From assembly GCA_016930515.1 (NCBI GenBank), contig JAFGGO010000149.1, positions 1 to 38,239 on the forward strand: a stretch of DNA of 38,239 nucleotides, in the 5' to 3' direction. A model generated the notes under the pieces. That model was not told the origin of the DNA, did no database searches, and saw only the letters and a program-made list of their open reading frames with translations. Source of the DNA: Promethearchaeota archaeon. Lineage in GTDB: Archaea > Asgardarchaeota > Lokiarchaeia > Sigyniarchaeales > SOKP01. Below, piece after piece: positions 1-9,009 of this stretch (its first letter is position 1; each line of letters opens with the position of its first letter). A program made the position numbers and the translations under genes.

Positions 1-43
1 AATAAAAAAGTAATTTTTATAAAAAAAGTAAATATTTTTAGTT

Positions 44-786
44 TCACTCCTTGGAATGGATTAATGGAGCTATCCTTGATAATGAATATATATTCTTCTT
101 TAGCTTGTTGAAATCTTCAATTCTTCTAATCCCATGCGATTTTGTTTTCTTGGAATGCGGCAATATCTCGATGAGAAATATTAACTGAGAGAGAAATGTC
201 ATCCACTCTAAGAATGTTATCGTCACTCCAACAGATTTTCCAGAAGGTAATTTATACAATAGTGGAACGAAATAAAATGTTGCGTGCATGATAGAAGTAC
301 TGAGAGACATAATTGCCCGTTTATTACTAATTGCTTGGGTCGTCAAAATTACAATACCATATATAGTAGCAAAGATAAAGAAGCTAAAAAAGTAAAATCC
401 TGCAGCCATGTTATGTAACTCGATATGATTCATTGGCCATAATCCAATCATTAAAAAACTACTACATAAGACTATCGATGCTAATCTTAGTAAGACTAAA
501 AAACAAGCATGTGTCCCTAACGACTTCAAAAAGAGAAAAAAAGTCCACACACTGCAACGAAACCGTTATTAAACACTAAACTAGAGCCATTTGGTCCTAT
601 GCCTAAATTACTTATCCAATGAGTAAAAATACTATAACTTTGATCAGAAATATAATATAAATAAAGCGCTAAAAATACCGAAATTCCAAGAATTCCCAAT
701 CCTAAATATCCAAAATAAATTCCAGGAATTTTTTCATATAATCGGTTTAGAATTTTATTATACTTCACATAAATACTCCCAAACAT
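44..786 (-). pseudogene. DUF998-like multi-pass membrane protein, frameshifted into two ORFs (526-786 and 44-550)
   Basis: The first ORF has a TM helix followed by WISNLG..FNNG (DUF998-like); the second ORF carries the remaining hydrophobic helices and overlaps it in another frame at 526-550. Could also be a sequencing error. Confidence 0.55.
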
Positions 787-1111
787 CCTCTGTTTTTTTA
801 TTATTGTTTTTATTGAATTTGTCCCTTGAAATTTGTTTAATTCGTCTTGAAATTCTTCCTAACTTAAGATCTCAAAGAATTTCTTCAAATATAAAATCAT
901 AAGGACCGTTTTTATACAAGATATGTTAATATATCTAGTTTGAGTCGTGAGAAATAGAGTATAAGACCCATCTATAAATATTCAGAGACATGCTAACATA
1001 TTATCCTCAAGTAGCTTTTTAAAAAATTATATTTATAAAATTAAATTATAATTATTCAATAAACGAATAATATAATTTGAAATATTCAATAAATCAAAAA
1101 AATGAACAAGG

Positions 1112-2131
1112 ATGGAAAAAAAAAGAGAATATCGACTAACCCAACAAGTTAAGATTCACGGTTGATCGTGTAAGCTCGGACAGGAAGGCTTACTCGAGCT
1201 TTTAGCCAAGACAGGACTTAAGGGAACCATAGAAGATGCTGCAGTACTCCCTGTACCAAATAGTGACCTTGTTTTGGTCAAGAATCTCGATGTTTTTACG
1301 CCTATAGTTGATGAACCAGAGATTATGGGTGAAATTGCTGCGTGTAACGTTACCAGCGATATTTTTGCCTTGAATGTCCCTGAAATTTCGGGAATGTTAG
1401 TATTTTTAGCAATCAAAACAGACATGCCAAATGATATCGTAGAAGGTTTATTAAAGGGAATCAAGCATTTTATGGAAAACAAAGTAGACTCAAAAGTAGT
1501 CGGTGGGCACACGATATATTGCGAGTGGCCTTTAATAGGCGGTGAAGCGTCGGGTTTTGTCCAAAAAGAAAAAATAATAAGTAAACAAGGAGTTAAAAAT
1601 GGTGATAAACTGGTGTTGACCAAGCCAATAGGTATACAACCCATAATGGCGGCATATCGAATCCAAAAAGAGATGCCAGAACTATTGGATACTTTTTCAA
1701 CCGACGAAATTAATAAGTCAATTGACTTCGCTATAAAACTCATGACAACGCCTAACCAAGAAGTTATAAGAACCATTCATTCGTACAAAGACTTTTCGTT
1801 TATCCACGCAATGTCAGATGTTACGGGATTTGGACTCGCAGGACACGCATTAGAAATGCTTCAAAAATCTGATTTATCCGTAGAAATTGAGAAGATACCT
1901 TCAATTCATCTCTCAGAGGATTTATCCAAGGAACTTGGATATGCTTTTGACGAATGTAAAACGCACGAAACAGCTGGAGGAATGTTGATAGCGGTAGACA
2001 GAGCTAATGTAGAAGATTTCACCAATTCGCTTGATAGCAATAATGTCCAAAATTGGATTGTTGGTACTGTCGATAATAAATCACCCGGTAAAATTAGAAT
2101 TTCCAAAAACATTGAAAACATTGAAATTTAA
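1112..2131 (+). CDS. selD: Selenide, water dikinase (selenophosphate synthetase), selenocysteine-containing
   Basis: ATG at 1112 gives MEKKREYRLTQQVKIHG-(TGA 1163-1165)-SCKLG, in frame with the 1274 ORF. The TGA falls at the catalytic Cys/Sec of the G-U/C-x-x-K motif. SelD motifs EDAAV, DVFTPIVD, GGHT, LTKPIG, DVTGFGLAGH and ETAGG are present. Confidence 0.95.
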
Positions 2132-2214
2132 AGATAGTATTGAATTAGTAAAGAATGAATCTTGCGAAAAAATGCTGGTCGCAAGAAGACATCCTCTGCA
2201 AGGGGTTCTATCTT
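2131..2214 (+). promoter_or_regulatory. Eukaryote-like SECIS element in the selD 3' UTR
   Basis: ATGA(A) at 2155-2159; perfect 8-bp helix TCTTGCGA (2160-2167)/TCGCAAGA (2179-2186); apical loop starting AAAAA; AGAC at 2187-2190 completes tandem G.A pairs; outer helix AAGATAG (2131-2137)/CTATCTT (2208-2214). Confidence 0.8.
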
Positions 2215-2250
2215 CATAGTAAAAAGTATCTTAAATAAGAAATCAATCAT

Positions 2251-2736
2251 TTGAAAGTAATGAAATATATTGAAATTCCTGGATTTGGTAAAATCACGAT
2301 AAAGAATGTGGTTTTTGATCTCAATGGCACCGTTCAATCTAAAGGAAAAATACAGAAGAATTTAAAAAAAAGAATAAAGAAATTGAAAGATACTTGTGAG
2401 ATATATTTAATATCTGCCGATACTAGAGGAAATTTAAAAACTCATGCTCGCAAGTTAGGCATTAATTACATTAAAATACACCCCAATGGAATTTCAGAGG
2501 CAGAAGCAAAGAACGCCGAATTGGAACGCTTGGGAAAACAGGTTACGGTTGCCATTGGTAACGGAAATAACGACGCACTCATGCTTAAAAACGCTATAAT
2601 AGGAATATGTGTCCTAGGTTCAGAAGGAGCTTCCCTTAACTGTATAATGAATTCCAACATAATAGTACCTAATACATTGTACGCTATTGATTTATTGTTG
2701 GACGAAAAAATTATTATCGCAACTTTACGATCATAA
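2251..2736 (+). CDS. HAD-superfamily phosphatase, soluble P-type ATPase-like
   Basis: VVFDLNGT (motif I), ISADT (motif II), K, and GNGNNDALML (motif IV). The start may be ATG 2260. Confidence 0.85.
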   Translation: MKVMKYIEIPGFGKITIKNVVFDLNGTVQSKGKIQKNLKKRIKKLKDTCEIYLISADTRGNLKTHARKLGINYIKIHPNGISEAEAKNAELERLGKQVTVAIGNGNNDALMLKNAIIGICVLGSEGASLNCIMNSNIIVPNTLYAIDLLLDEKIIIATLRS

Positions 2737-2780
2737 AAACGAAAAACTCATCGTGTGCTTTATAATATCTTAAAAATGTC

Positions 2781-3569
2781 TTAATCTAATATTTTTCCGT
2801 TGAGTATTATTATGATCTTCTTTAATTCTTCAATAATATCTTCTGCAATTTGTTCTCCGTTATTGACATTAAAACCTGTAATGGACACTTCTAATTCAAC
2901 GGAAAGTCCAATAGAAGGGTGAGTTTTAATCCACAAATTGGGATGTTTCTTTTCTAAATCGGATACATAGGGAGCGATGTTCGATTCCCCAATACCACTA
3001 AACTTGAAGCTTTTTTCAAAGAATGATCCCCTTTTTTCCTTGAGCAATGGTAAGACAACTGATTTAAACATCGCTTTCATTTCCATAGGAACGCCTGGGA
3101 AGCAGTAAATCATGGTATCTTCTTGCTGTATTTTTACCCCGGGGGCGGTTCCGCGCGTGTTCTTCAATGGAACGGAGCCTTGCGGAAGGAGGGCCATTTT
3201 CACTCTTTCAGGAGTCATGCCTTCAAGTTTTAGTATTCCTTGTCTGACAGCATTATCATAGGCTTTCTTGATCGATTCGTAAGCCTCGTTGTTTAAAACC
3301 AACTCGAGACCTAAAGCGACTCCGATTCCTTTCAAGGTCATATCGTCAAAAGTAGGTCCCAGACCACCAGAAATGATAACCATATCCGGAGACCTGGAAA
3401 GAATTTCTCTAACAGCTCTTGAAATCACCTCGATCTCATCTGGAATTGCAGTAATCCTTGCAACTTTGTGACCATACTTCGTAATTCTTTTTGCCAACCA
3501 GTTGGAATTTGTATCTTTAAATTTTCCAATAAGAATTTCATTACCTACGATTAAAATTTCTAAGTTCAT
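2781..3569 (-). CDS. CinA N-terminal-like / molybdopterin-binding domain protein
   Basis: GNEILIG..DTNSNWL, SGGLGPTFDD, GTAPG and PGVPMEM motifs. Confidence 0.88.
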   Translation of the reverse strand: MNLEILIVGNEILIGKFKDTNSNWLAKRITKYGHKVARITAIPDEIEVISRAVREILSRSPDMVIISGGLGPTFDDMTLKGIGVALGLELVLNNEAYESIKKAYDNAVRQGILKLEGMTPERVKMALLPQGSVPLKNTRGTAPGVKIQQEDTMIYCFPGVPMEMKAMFKSVVLPLLKEKRGSFFEKSFKFSGIGESNIAPYVSDLEKKHPNLWIKTHPSIGLSVELEVSITGFNVNNGEQIAEDIIEELKKIIIILNGKILD

Positions 3570-3810
3570 TAAAACCCAAAATTTTTAGCTCTATTTTAGC
3601 TTTTTTAACAAAATTTTACACTTTGAAATCCTTTATTAATAAATTAACATTGAGAAAAGATTTGGAAGACCTCGATCGCAAGATTATAATATACCCCAAT
3701 ATTTTTTAAAATAGCAGTAGATTAGAATATTTAATTTTCTTGCTTAGAAAAAAGAGAGATATTTCAATAAACATCCCCATTATATAATAACCACTACGAT
3801 TGGTGTTTCA

Positions 3811-4392
3811 ATGACAGTAGAAATAGACGACGCAGGTACGGGAGATCTCGTTGGAGATGCGTTTATTGCGCTTCATAGGATCGAGACGGGAAAAATCATT
3901 TACCGAACCATTCCCGTTGAGATGTTCAACGAAGAAAATTGGAAGAACAAGATGCCTTATAAAATGGTCGTGGACCTTGTAAAAGACGGATTAGCCGAGT
4001 TGGATTTTCAAAAGGACAAGGAAAAAATATTACTCTGTCGAGGTAACATATTTGATAAAGTAAGAGAATATTTTAACGAAGAAGGCATCACCTACGAACC
4101 TGCTATCATCGAGGGCAAATTACAGGACGCCGTGGAAGGAAAGCTCGTTTCTCATCTCAGGGAAGATCTTGGAGTTAAATCGAAGAAACTCACCAAAAAA
4201 AGCGGGGCAAAGCGTTATTATGTGCTATTTAATTGGTTGTGTCAAGATTTCTTTCGAAGAGAAAAATTCGTGAAATCTGGATTTAAAAAATGGAACACGG
4301 TCTGGAGAGAAAAAGCGATAGAAAAGTACAAGAGAAAGCAATATTATATGAAAAAAAACGCCACTAAAAACCAACCACATGAGTTAAGTTAA
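3811..4392 (+). CDS. Conserved hypothetical protein, possible RNase H-like fold
   Basis: Long ORF whose N-terminus EIDDAGTGDLVG resembles the RNase HII first-strand motif (GxDEAGRG). Confidence 0.6.
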   Translation: MTVEIDDAGTGDLVGDAFIALHRIETGKIIYRTIPVEMFNEENWKNKMPYKMVVDLVKDGLAELDFQKDKEKILLCRGNIFDKVREYFNEEGITYEPAIIEGKLQDAVEGKLVSHLREDLGVKSKKLTKKSGAKRYYVLFNWLCQDFFRREKFVKSGFKKWNTVWREKAIEKYKRKQYYMKKNATKNQPHELS

Positions 4393-5004
4393 CTTGGTGT
4401 TACAACTCTTACAAGTTTTTGAGAATGGGGGATTTTCAGCGCCACAAGCAAAGCATATGAGAACGCGCCCGTCTTTAGGTTGTTCGATGATAATATCATG
4501 AGAAGAAGCGCCTGAATTGCTGGACTCCCTATCATCATCTAAGAGAACTGCTTTTTTGGCTTCGTTTGCCAGGGAAGCGTCAATTTCCCTGTGAGGCGTG
4601 ATTATTTTAAAGTCTTTTGTTGGTGCTATTTCCGAGAAACCGTCAGGGAGGGCATTTAATTCATTATCGTTAACTAAATCGTTAGTATCCATATACTCAT
4701 CTTCTTTAACGCTATCGTGAGCCATATCAATTGTTTGAGGCATCGAAGTGATCTCAGGCTCTTCAACGCGGGGAAGGGCTAGCTTAACCTTTAATTGTTT
4801 TATATGAGTAACGATTTGTTCGATTTTTTTGATCAACATGTTTCTGTAATCGTTTTCTATTTTGGGAGATTTCGATGCAGCCAAAACCATATCAGTTACA
4901 GCAAGCCATGAGCTGATGGCAGCCTCGATTTCGTTGCTTTTTTCGTGTCTATTTGCAATTGCTATCTTTTTTGCGAGTTCCTTGTTAAAAGCTTGGATGT
5001 CCAT
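4384..5004 (-). CDS. Hypothetical protein: N-terminal three-helix (MIT-like) domain, acidic linker, C-terminal zinc ribbon
   Basis: Helical N-terminus with A-x-x-x-E...AI..W pattern; C-terminal CFAC...CKSC. Confidence 0.6.
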   Translation of the reverse strand: MDIQAFNKELAKKIAIANRHEKSNEIEAAISSWLAVTDMVLAASKSPKIENDYRNMLIKKIEQIVTHIKQLKVKLALPRVEEPEITSMPQTIDMAHDSVKEDEYMDTNDLVNDNELNALPDGFSEIAPTKDFKIITPHREIDASLANEAKKAVLLDDDRESSNSGASSHDIIIEQPKDGRVLICFACGAENPPFSKTCKSCNTKLT

Positions 5005-5226
5005 CCTATCATTCGTCCCATTTGAGTTTTTCAGGCTAATATACTAAATTAAAAATCTGCTTATGTATAGATATATCGTGTTTTCCTTATAAATGTCATG
5101 GAGACCAAATTCGCGACTTGATAAGAATACGAATTAAATTAATAAAAATTGAGTAATATATTCTATACATTAGATAATTTTCAATTGTTAAGGCGGTTTT
5201 TAAAAAAACAGGAGTTCTTGATACTA

Positions 5227-7158
5227 ATGTCCATGATACCGTTTTCGGCTAACGAGATTCGCAATTTAAGAGAAATATTCGAAAAAAACGGGTGGAGGAT
5301 AGGGGGAGGCGTTGAGGATTTATTCCGTTATGGAATTAAAAATAATAATTTAGTCCTATTTACTTTAAAGATGCCGTTAACCCTTACAAATATACAATTA
5401 AATGTACCCTATGAGGTAGTCTCTTTTAAGATATCGGTTGCTTTCAAATTATGGCATTTAAACGATAAGACTTATAGGATCATTGCATATATGATGAAAG
5501 CCCTTGAAGAATTGTCGAAACAAGTATCACTAAAACCAGAATTTTCAATGGAAGGTAAGCTTCAATCTTTCCTCAAGATACTCAATGTAATACTTCCCGA
5601 TAGGATTAAAAGCGAAAATGAGCGGAGTTGGTTAAACCGCTTGAGAATTTCCATCATGAATAAGAGAGAACATTTTATTGAAGACTTCAAGGATTTTGAT
5701 ACCAATAAAGTAAACGACATTGTAAAGATATTACTCGAGTCAGGACTGAGTCCAACTTTTAAAATACCTTGGGAATTAAAGATGGGCGTTCCGAAACTAA
5801 GAACCTCAGAAACCTTGCTTTTTGCAAACGAGGTGGAAGTGCAAGACGAGTTTTTCGTGCTCGAAAAAGGATACATGACTTACTTCAAAGATATCATATA
5901 CAATAAAATTTTCATCAGGAGCTTTTTCGAATGTTATAATCCTTATATATTGCATTCCGTGTTGGAAAGAAACGATTCTTCCAAATATCAATTTGAATTA
6001 TCAGTGAAAAACTGGATAAAATTATCCAGGCTATTATTAAACACCATAATTGAAATTATTAACGAAGGATTGCTGGATCATAACGATTTCATGGATTTCC
6101 GACCTGAAAACGAGTTTATTGACAAGGAGTTCGAAGAGGAAACGAGCAATTTCGCCTTATCAGCATTAAACTACGAAAGTTCTATTTCGAAAGAATTATT
6201 CGACTTTCACATCGACTTGCTCGATTCACCACCCACGCATTTTGAGGTAATCGAAACTAGCTTGTTTTATTACACAAAAGCAGAAGCAAATATCAGGGAA
6301 TATAAGTTCGATCCTGCCATAAAACTGCTCAACGAATCGTTAAAAGTATTTAATAAATATCGGCAGGGTAAAGCGGTCGTATCGGTCTTGCTCTTGCTTA
6401 GAAAGATTGCTTCAAGGTTAAACCAAGTAGATGTCGAACAAAATTACTTGGAAAGCGCTCTTAATTTGGCTGAAAAGGGAACTATTTCAAAAGAGGTAAT
6501 ATTAGATATACGATACAAGTTGGCTAAGGCTTATTTTCGAACAAATCAGCTTGAAAAAGCTCGTTCACAGTTTTTCTTGGTTTCTAAGCTTTTATCCTCT
6601 AATGAGATTTTGATTGAACACGAAAAAAAAGATTATTTTATAGGGATGGTAAATCTATATCTAGGGCTCGTATTTCTCAAGCAAGAAAGAATTGCAGATT
6701 CTAAAAAGCATCTCAAACAAGCTTTTCTCATTAGCAACACAATTCTAAAAGTTAAACTCAATTTCTGCCTTTTCCGAGCAATTGAGTTTAAAAAAGGCGG
6801 AAAAGCGGCTCAAGCGCTCAAATTGTTAACGAGCGGACTTAATGCTTTAGATGAAAAAACAGAATCAGAAAATCGCCACCAAATCGTGGCAATCTTGATA
6901 GAATTGGCAGAAATCTATATCTACGACAGGAAAAGTCGAACTAAAGCAGCAGCATATCTGGAGGAGATTGAAAAACGCATTACTTTAACCACCATCAAAG
7001 AAATACAATTTTCCGCCCGATGGAATATATTAATGAGCGATTATTATAGGCTCTTGCTAAATAATAAGGAAAATACCGTTTACTATTCAAAGCAAGCTGA
7101 GAACCTTAAAGATCGATTAAAAGAAATAGGCGTAAAGGAAAATAATAAGGATAAATAA
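5227..7158 (+). CDS. Large hypothetical protein with C-terminal TPR-like helical repeats
   Basis: Long ORF (from TTG 5149; ATG 5227 is the likelier start). The C-terminal half has TPR-like patterns such as YKLAKAYFRTNQLEKAR and LYLGLVFLKQERIADSKKHLKQA. Confidence 0.7.
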   Translation: MSMIPFSANEIRNLREIFEKNGWRIGGGVEDLFRYGIKNNNLVLFTLKMPLTLTNIQLNVPYEVVSFKISVAFKLWHLNDKTYRIIAYMMKALEELSKQVSLKPEFSMEGKLQSFLKILNVILPDRIKSENERSWLNRLRISIMNKREHFIEDFKDFDTNKVNDIVKILLESGLSPTFKIPWELKMGVPKLRTSETLLFANEVEVQDEFFVLEKGYMTYFKDIIYNKIFIRSFFECYNPYILHSVLERNDSSKYQFELSVKNWIKLSRLLLNTIIEIINEGLLDHNDFMDFRPENEFIDKEFEEETSNFALSALNYESSISKELFDFHIDLLDSPPTHFEVIETSLFYYTKAEANIREYKFDPAIKLLNESLKVFNKYRQGKAVVSVLLLLRKIASRLNQVDVEQNYLESALNLAEKGTISKEVILDIRYKLAKAYFRTNQLEKARSQFFLVSKLLSSNEILIEHEKKDYFIGMVNLYLGLVFLKQERIADSKKHLKQAFLISNTILKVKLNFCLFRAIEFKKGGKAAQALKLLTSGLNALDEKTESENRHQIVAILIELAEIYIYDRKSRTKAAAYLEEIEKRITLTTIKEIQFSARWNILMSDYYRLLLNNKENTVYYSKQAENLKDRLKEIGVKENNKDK

Positions 7159-7173
7159 AAAATTTTTTAATAA

Positions 7174-7377
7174 TTATCTTTGGTAAGATGCTCTTTTTGC
7201 ACCAAGACTGTCGTTTTGACCGCCATACGTGCCTTTTACAATTCGCTTGTGATAAAGCTCTCTAAACCTAATTCTGGGAGCTTTTTTCTTGGTCGAATTC
7301 ACGCCCGTTTTAGGAATTTTAGGCGTTTGTTGTCTTACTTTTCCTGCTTTTGTTAAACTACCGTGACTACCAGGTAT
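7174..7377 (-). CDS. rps30e: 30S ribosomal protein eS30, apparent ATA start
   Basis: Manual translation (ATA)[48 protein letters not shown]...[21 protein letters not shown] is the eS30 signature. Not in the ORF track because no ATG/GTG/TTG lies between the in-frame TGA (7390-7392) and the conserved N-terminus. Confidence 0.93.
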   Translation of the reverse strand: MPGSHGSLTKAGKVRQQTPKIPKTGVNSTKKKAPRIRFRELYHKRIVKGTYGGQNDSLGAKRASYQR

Positions 7378-7762
7378 TTTTTTCTCAACTCATTCTATGA
7401 TTTTAATATTAATATGTAGTCTTTAAAACAACTTAAATTTTATTGATTTAGAGATTTTTAAAATGAATATAAGAAAACTTTAAAACTTCCTTGAGAAAAA
7501 GCGCACCATTTTTATATAAAAGCACAATAAATATCAAAAGATTTAACAATAAAATCCAAAAATTCTAATAATATTAACTCCACTCAGTATTTTAGATGGT
7601 ATTTCATCTTCAGGGATATTGATTTCCTCCGCGATTGTAATTGAAGAAAGCCATAAATAATATTTACTCCTAATAAGATAGAATTAACCAATAGGATTAT
7701 TAAATCTTGAAGATTAAGTAAAATAGTATTATATCTAGAAATTACATTATAACATTAAAATC

Positions 7763-8251
7763 ATGTCGAACATAAATCAAAAAACCAAGATATGGATGTG
7801 GGCTTTGATCTTGGCCGTATCCATTATCGTGGTCGTTGTAGACGCCATTTTTTTGCGGGAAATATGGTGGGCGTGGCTGGTCGTGCTCGTGCTCGTGATG
7901 ATTGGATGCGTTTTTTCGTTTTCTAACTATTTTTTCGTTCCTAAAAAGCATTGTCCTCGATGCAACGCCGAAGTCCCCTCACAGTACACCCAAAACTGCC
8001 CGAAATGTGGTTTGAGACTCGTGACGAGGTGCGTGGATTGCGGTAAGTACATCTCCGTCTACCAGTACGGAAAACTTTCGAAGTATTGCAATCAATGTGG
8101 GCTCGAATTGGACTTGAGGGAGGTTCAGGTGGAAGTCATCGAAAATCCTTATGTGAGCGAAAAGAAAGTCCGCTTTTGCCCGAATTGCGGCGTGAATATC
8201 GAAGAAGACAACTTGAGGTTTTGTGCGCTCTGTGGAACTAAAATAATTTGA
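7763..8251 (+). CDS. Membrane-anchored multi zinc-ribbon (double zinc ribbon-type) protein
   Basis: Two N-terminal TM helices followed by six CxxC motifs. Confidence 0.8.
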   Translation: MSNINQKTKIWMWALILAVSIIVVVVDAIFLREIWWAWLVVLVLVMIGCVFSFSNYFFVPKKHCPRCNAEVPSQYTQNCPKCGLRLVTRCVDCGKYISVYQYGKLSKYCNQCGLELDLREVQVEVIENPYVSEKKVRFCPNCGVNIEEDNLRFCALCGTKII

Positions 8252-8510
8252 ATATGTAGCGGAAGGGAAAAAATCTCTTCTTATAATTACTAGATTATTA
8301 AATGCATTGAAATTTTAGTAAGAAATTAAAATAAAATAAAAATTAATTGATTAAGCTTTCTTAGATTTTGGAAAATGCCTTTTAAGTTGTGATTTAACCG
8401 CTTTTTTGTAATTTAGACAACATTAAATGTTGTAGCTTGACTTTAACATTGTAAATTAGAGCGTTAAATAAATCAAAATGATTTTAAAGTGAAATAAAAG
8501 GAGAAAATAA

Positions 8511-8576
8511 TGGGAACTGAGGGATTTGAACCCCCGACCAACAAGTCTCTATACCTCATATGACTTATTTGAGTCA
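8511..8576 (-). repeat. Diverged copy of the tRNA-Trp 3' exon plus an intron-like remnant (att-like direct repeat)
   Basis: 8511-8546 matches 12876-12911 at 30/36 positions, with T-arm GGGGG-TTCAAAT-CCCTC. The adjacent tcat..ttattt..gagtc resembles tRNA intron 2. No 5' half is present. Confidence 0.8.
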
Positions 8577-8657
8577 ATTTTTTAAAAAAATATGATTATT
8601 GCCATTTAAATAAATATTACTAAATATTTTTATAATTATTAGATTATAAATGATAAC

Positions 8658-8984
8658 ATGACAACAGAAAATTCAAAGAAATCAAAAATTACTGTATTTA
8701 TGTGGCATATTGGAAGAATCCTTACTGATATGATGATAATTTCTGATACTACGGGTTCGCCTATTATTTCACAGACATTTCAGGCGGGATCAAAATTATT
8801 TGATGTTCTTGGTAATTGTGTTTACAACAATCAATCATTCAAAAAGATATTCCTTGCTTTAAATGACTTGATCACATCTCTAGATTATGATTTTGATGAT
8901 AATTTTAACGATACAATAAAATATGCTCAAGATTTTTGTCAAGATTTTATTGTATTTTTAGAAGAAAATAAATTAAAGAATTAA
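8658..8984 (+). CDS. Hypothetical protein (108 aa, helical)
   Basis: ATG-started AT-rich ORF followed by a T-tract; no recognised motif. Confidence 0.55.
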   Translation: MTTENSKKSKITVFMWHIGRILTDMMIISDTTGSPIISQTFQAGSKLFDVLGNCVYNNQSFKKIFLALNDLITSLDYDFDDNFNDTIKYAQDFCQDFIVFLEENKLKN

Positions 8985-9009
8985 GTTTAAGAATATTTTT
9001 TTTTATTAT

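Noticed and set aside
1156-1776. 206-aa antisense ORF, and similar antisense/overlapping ORFs over proS, fae-hps, the ATPase, the transposase and the coiled-coil gene
   Set aside because: They lie opposite or within well-supported genes and show no motifs.
7500-7700. Possible minus-strand remnant of a surface-protein C-terminus (..EEINIPEDEIPSKILSGVNII..)
   Set aside because: Short, interrupted by stops, no clear start; too weak to call.
8511-8560. Independent complete tRNA gene at 8.5 kb
   Set aside because: No anticodon arm 5' strand, D-arm or 5' acceptor strand could be found adjacent to it or within the island.
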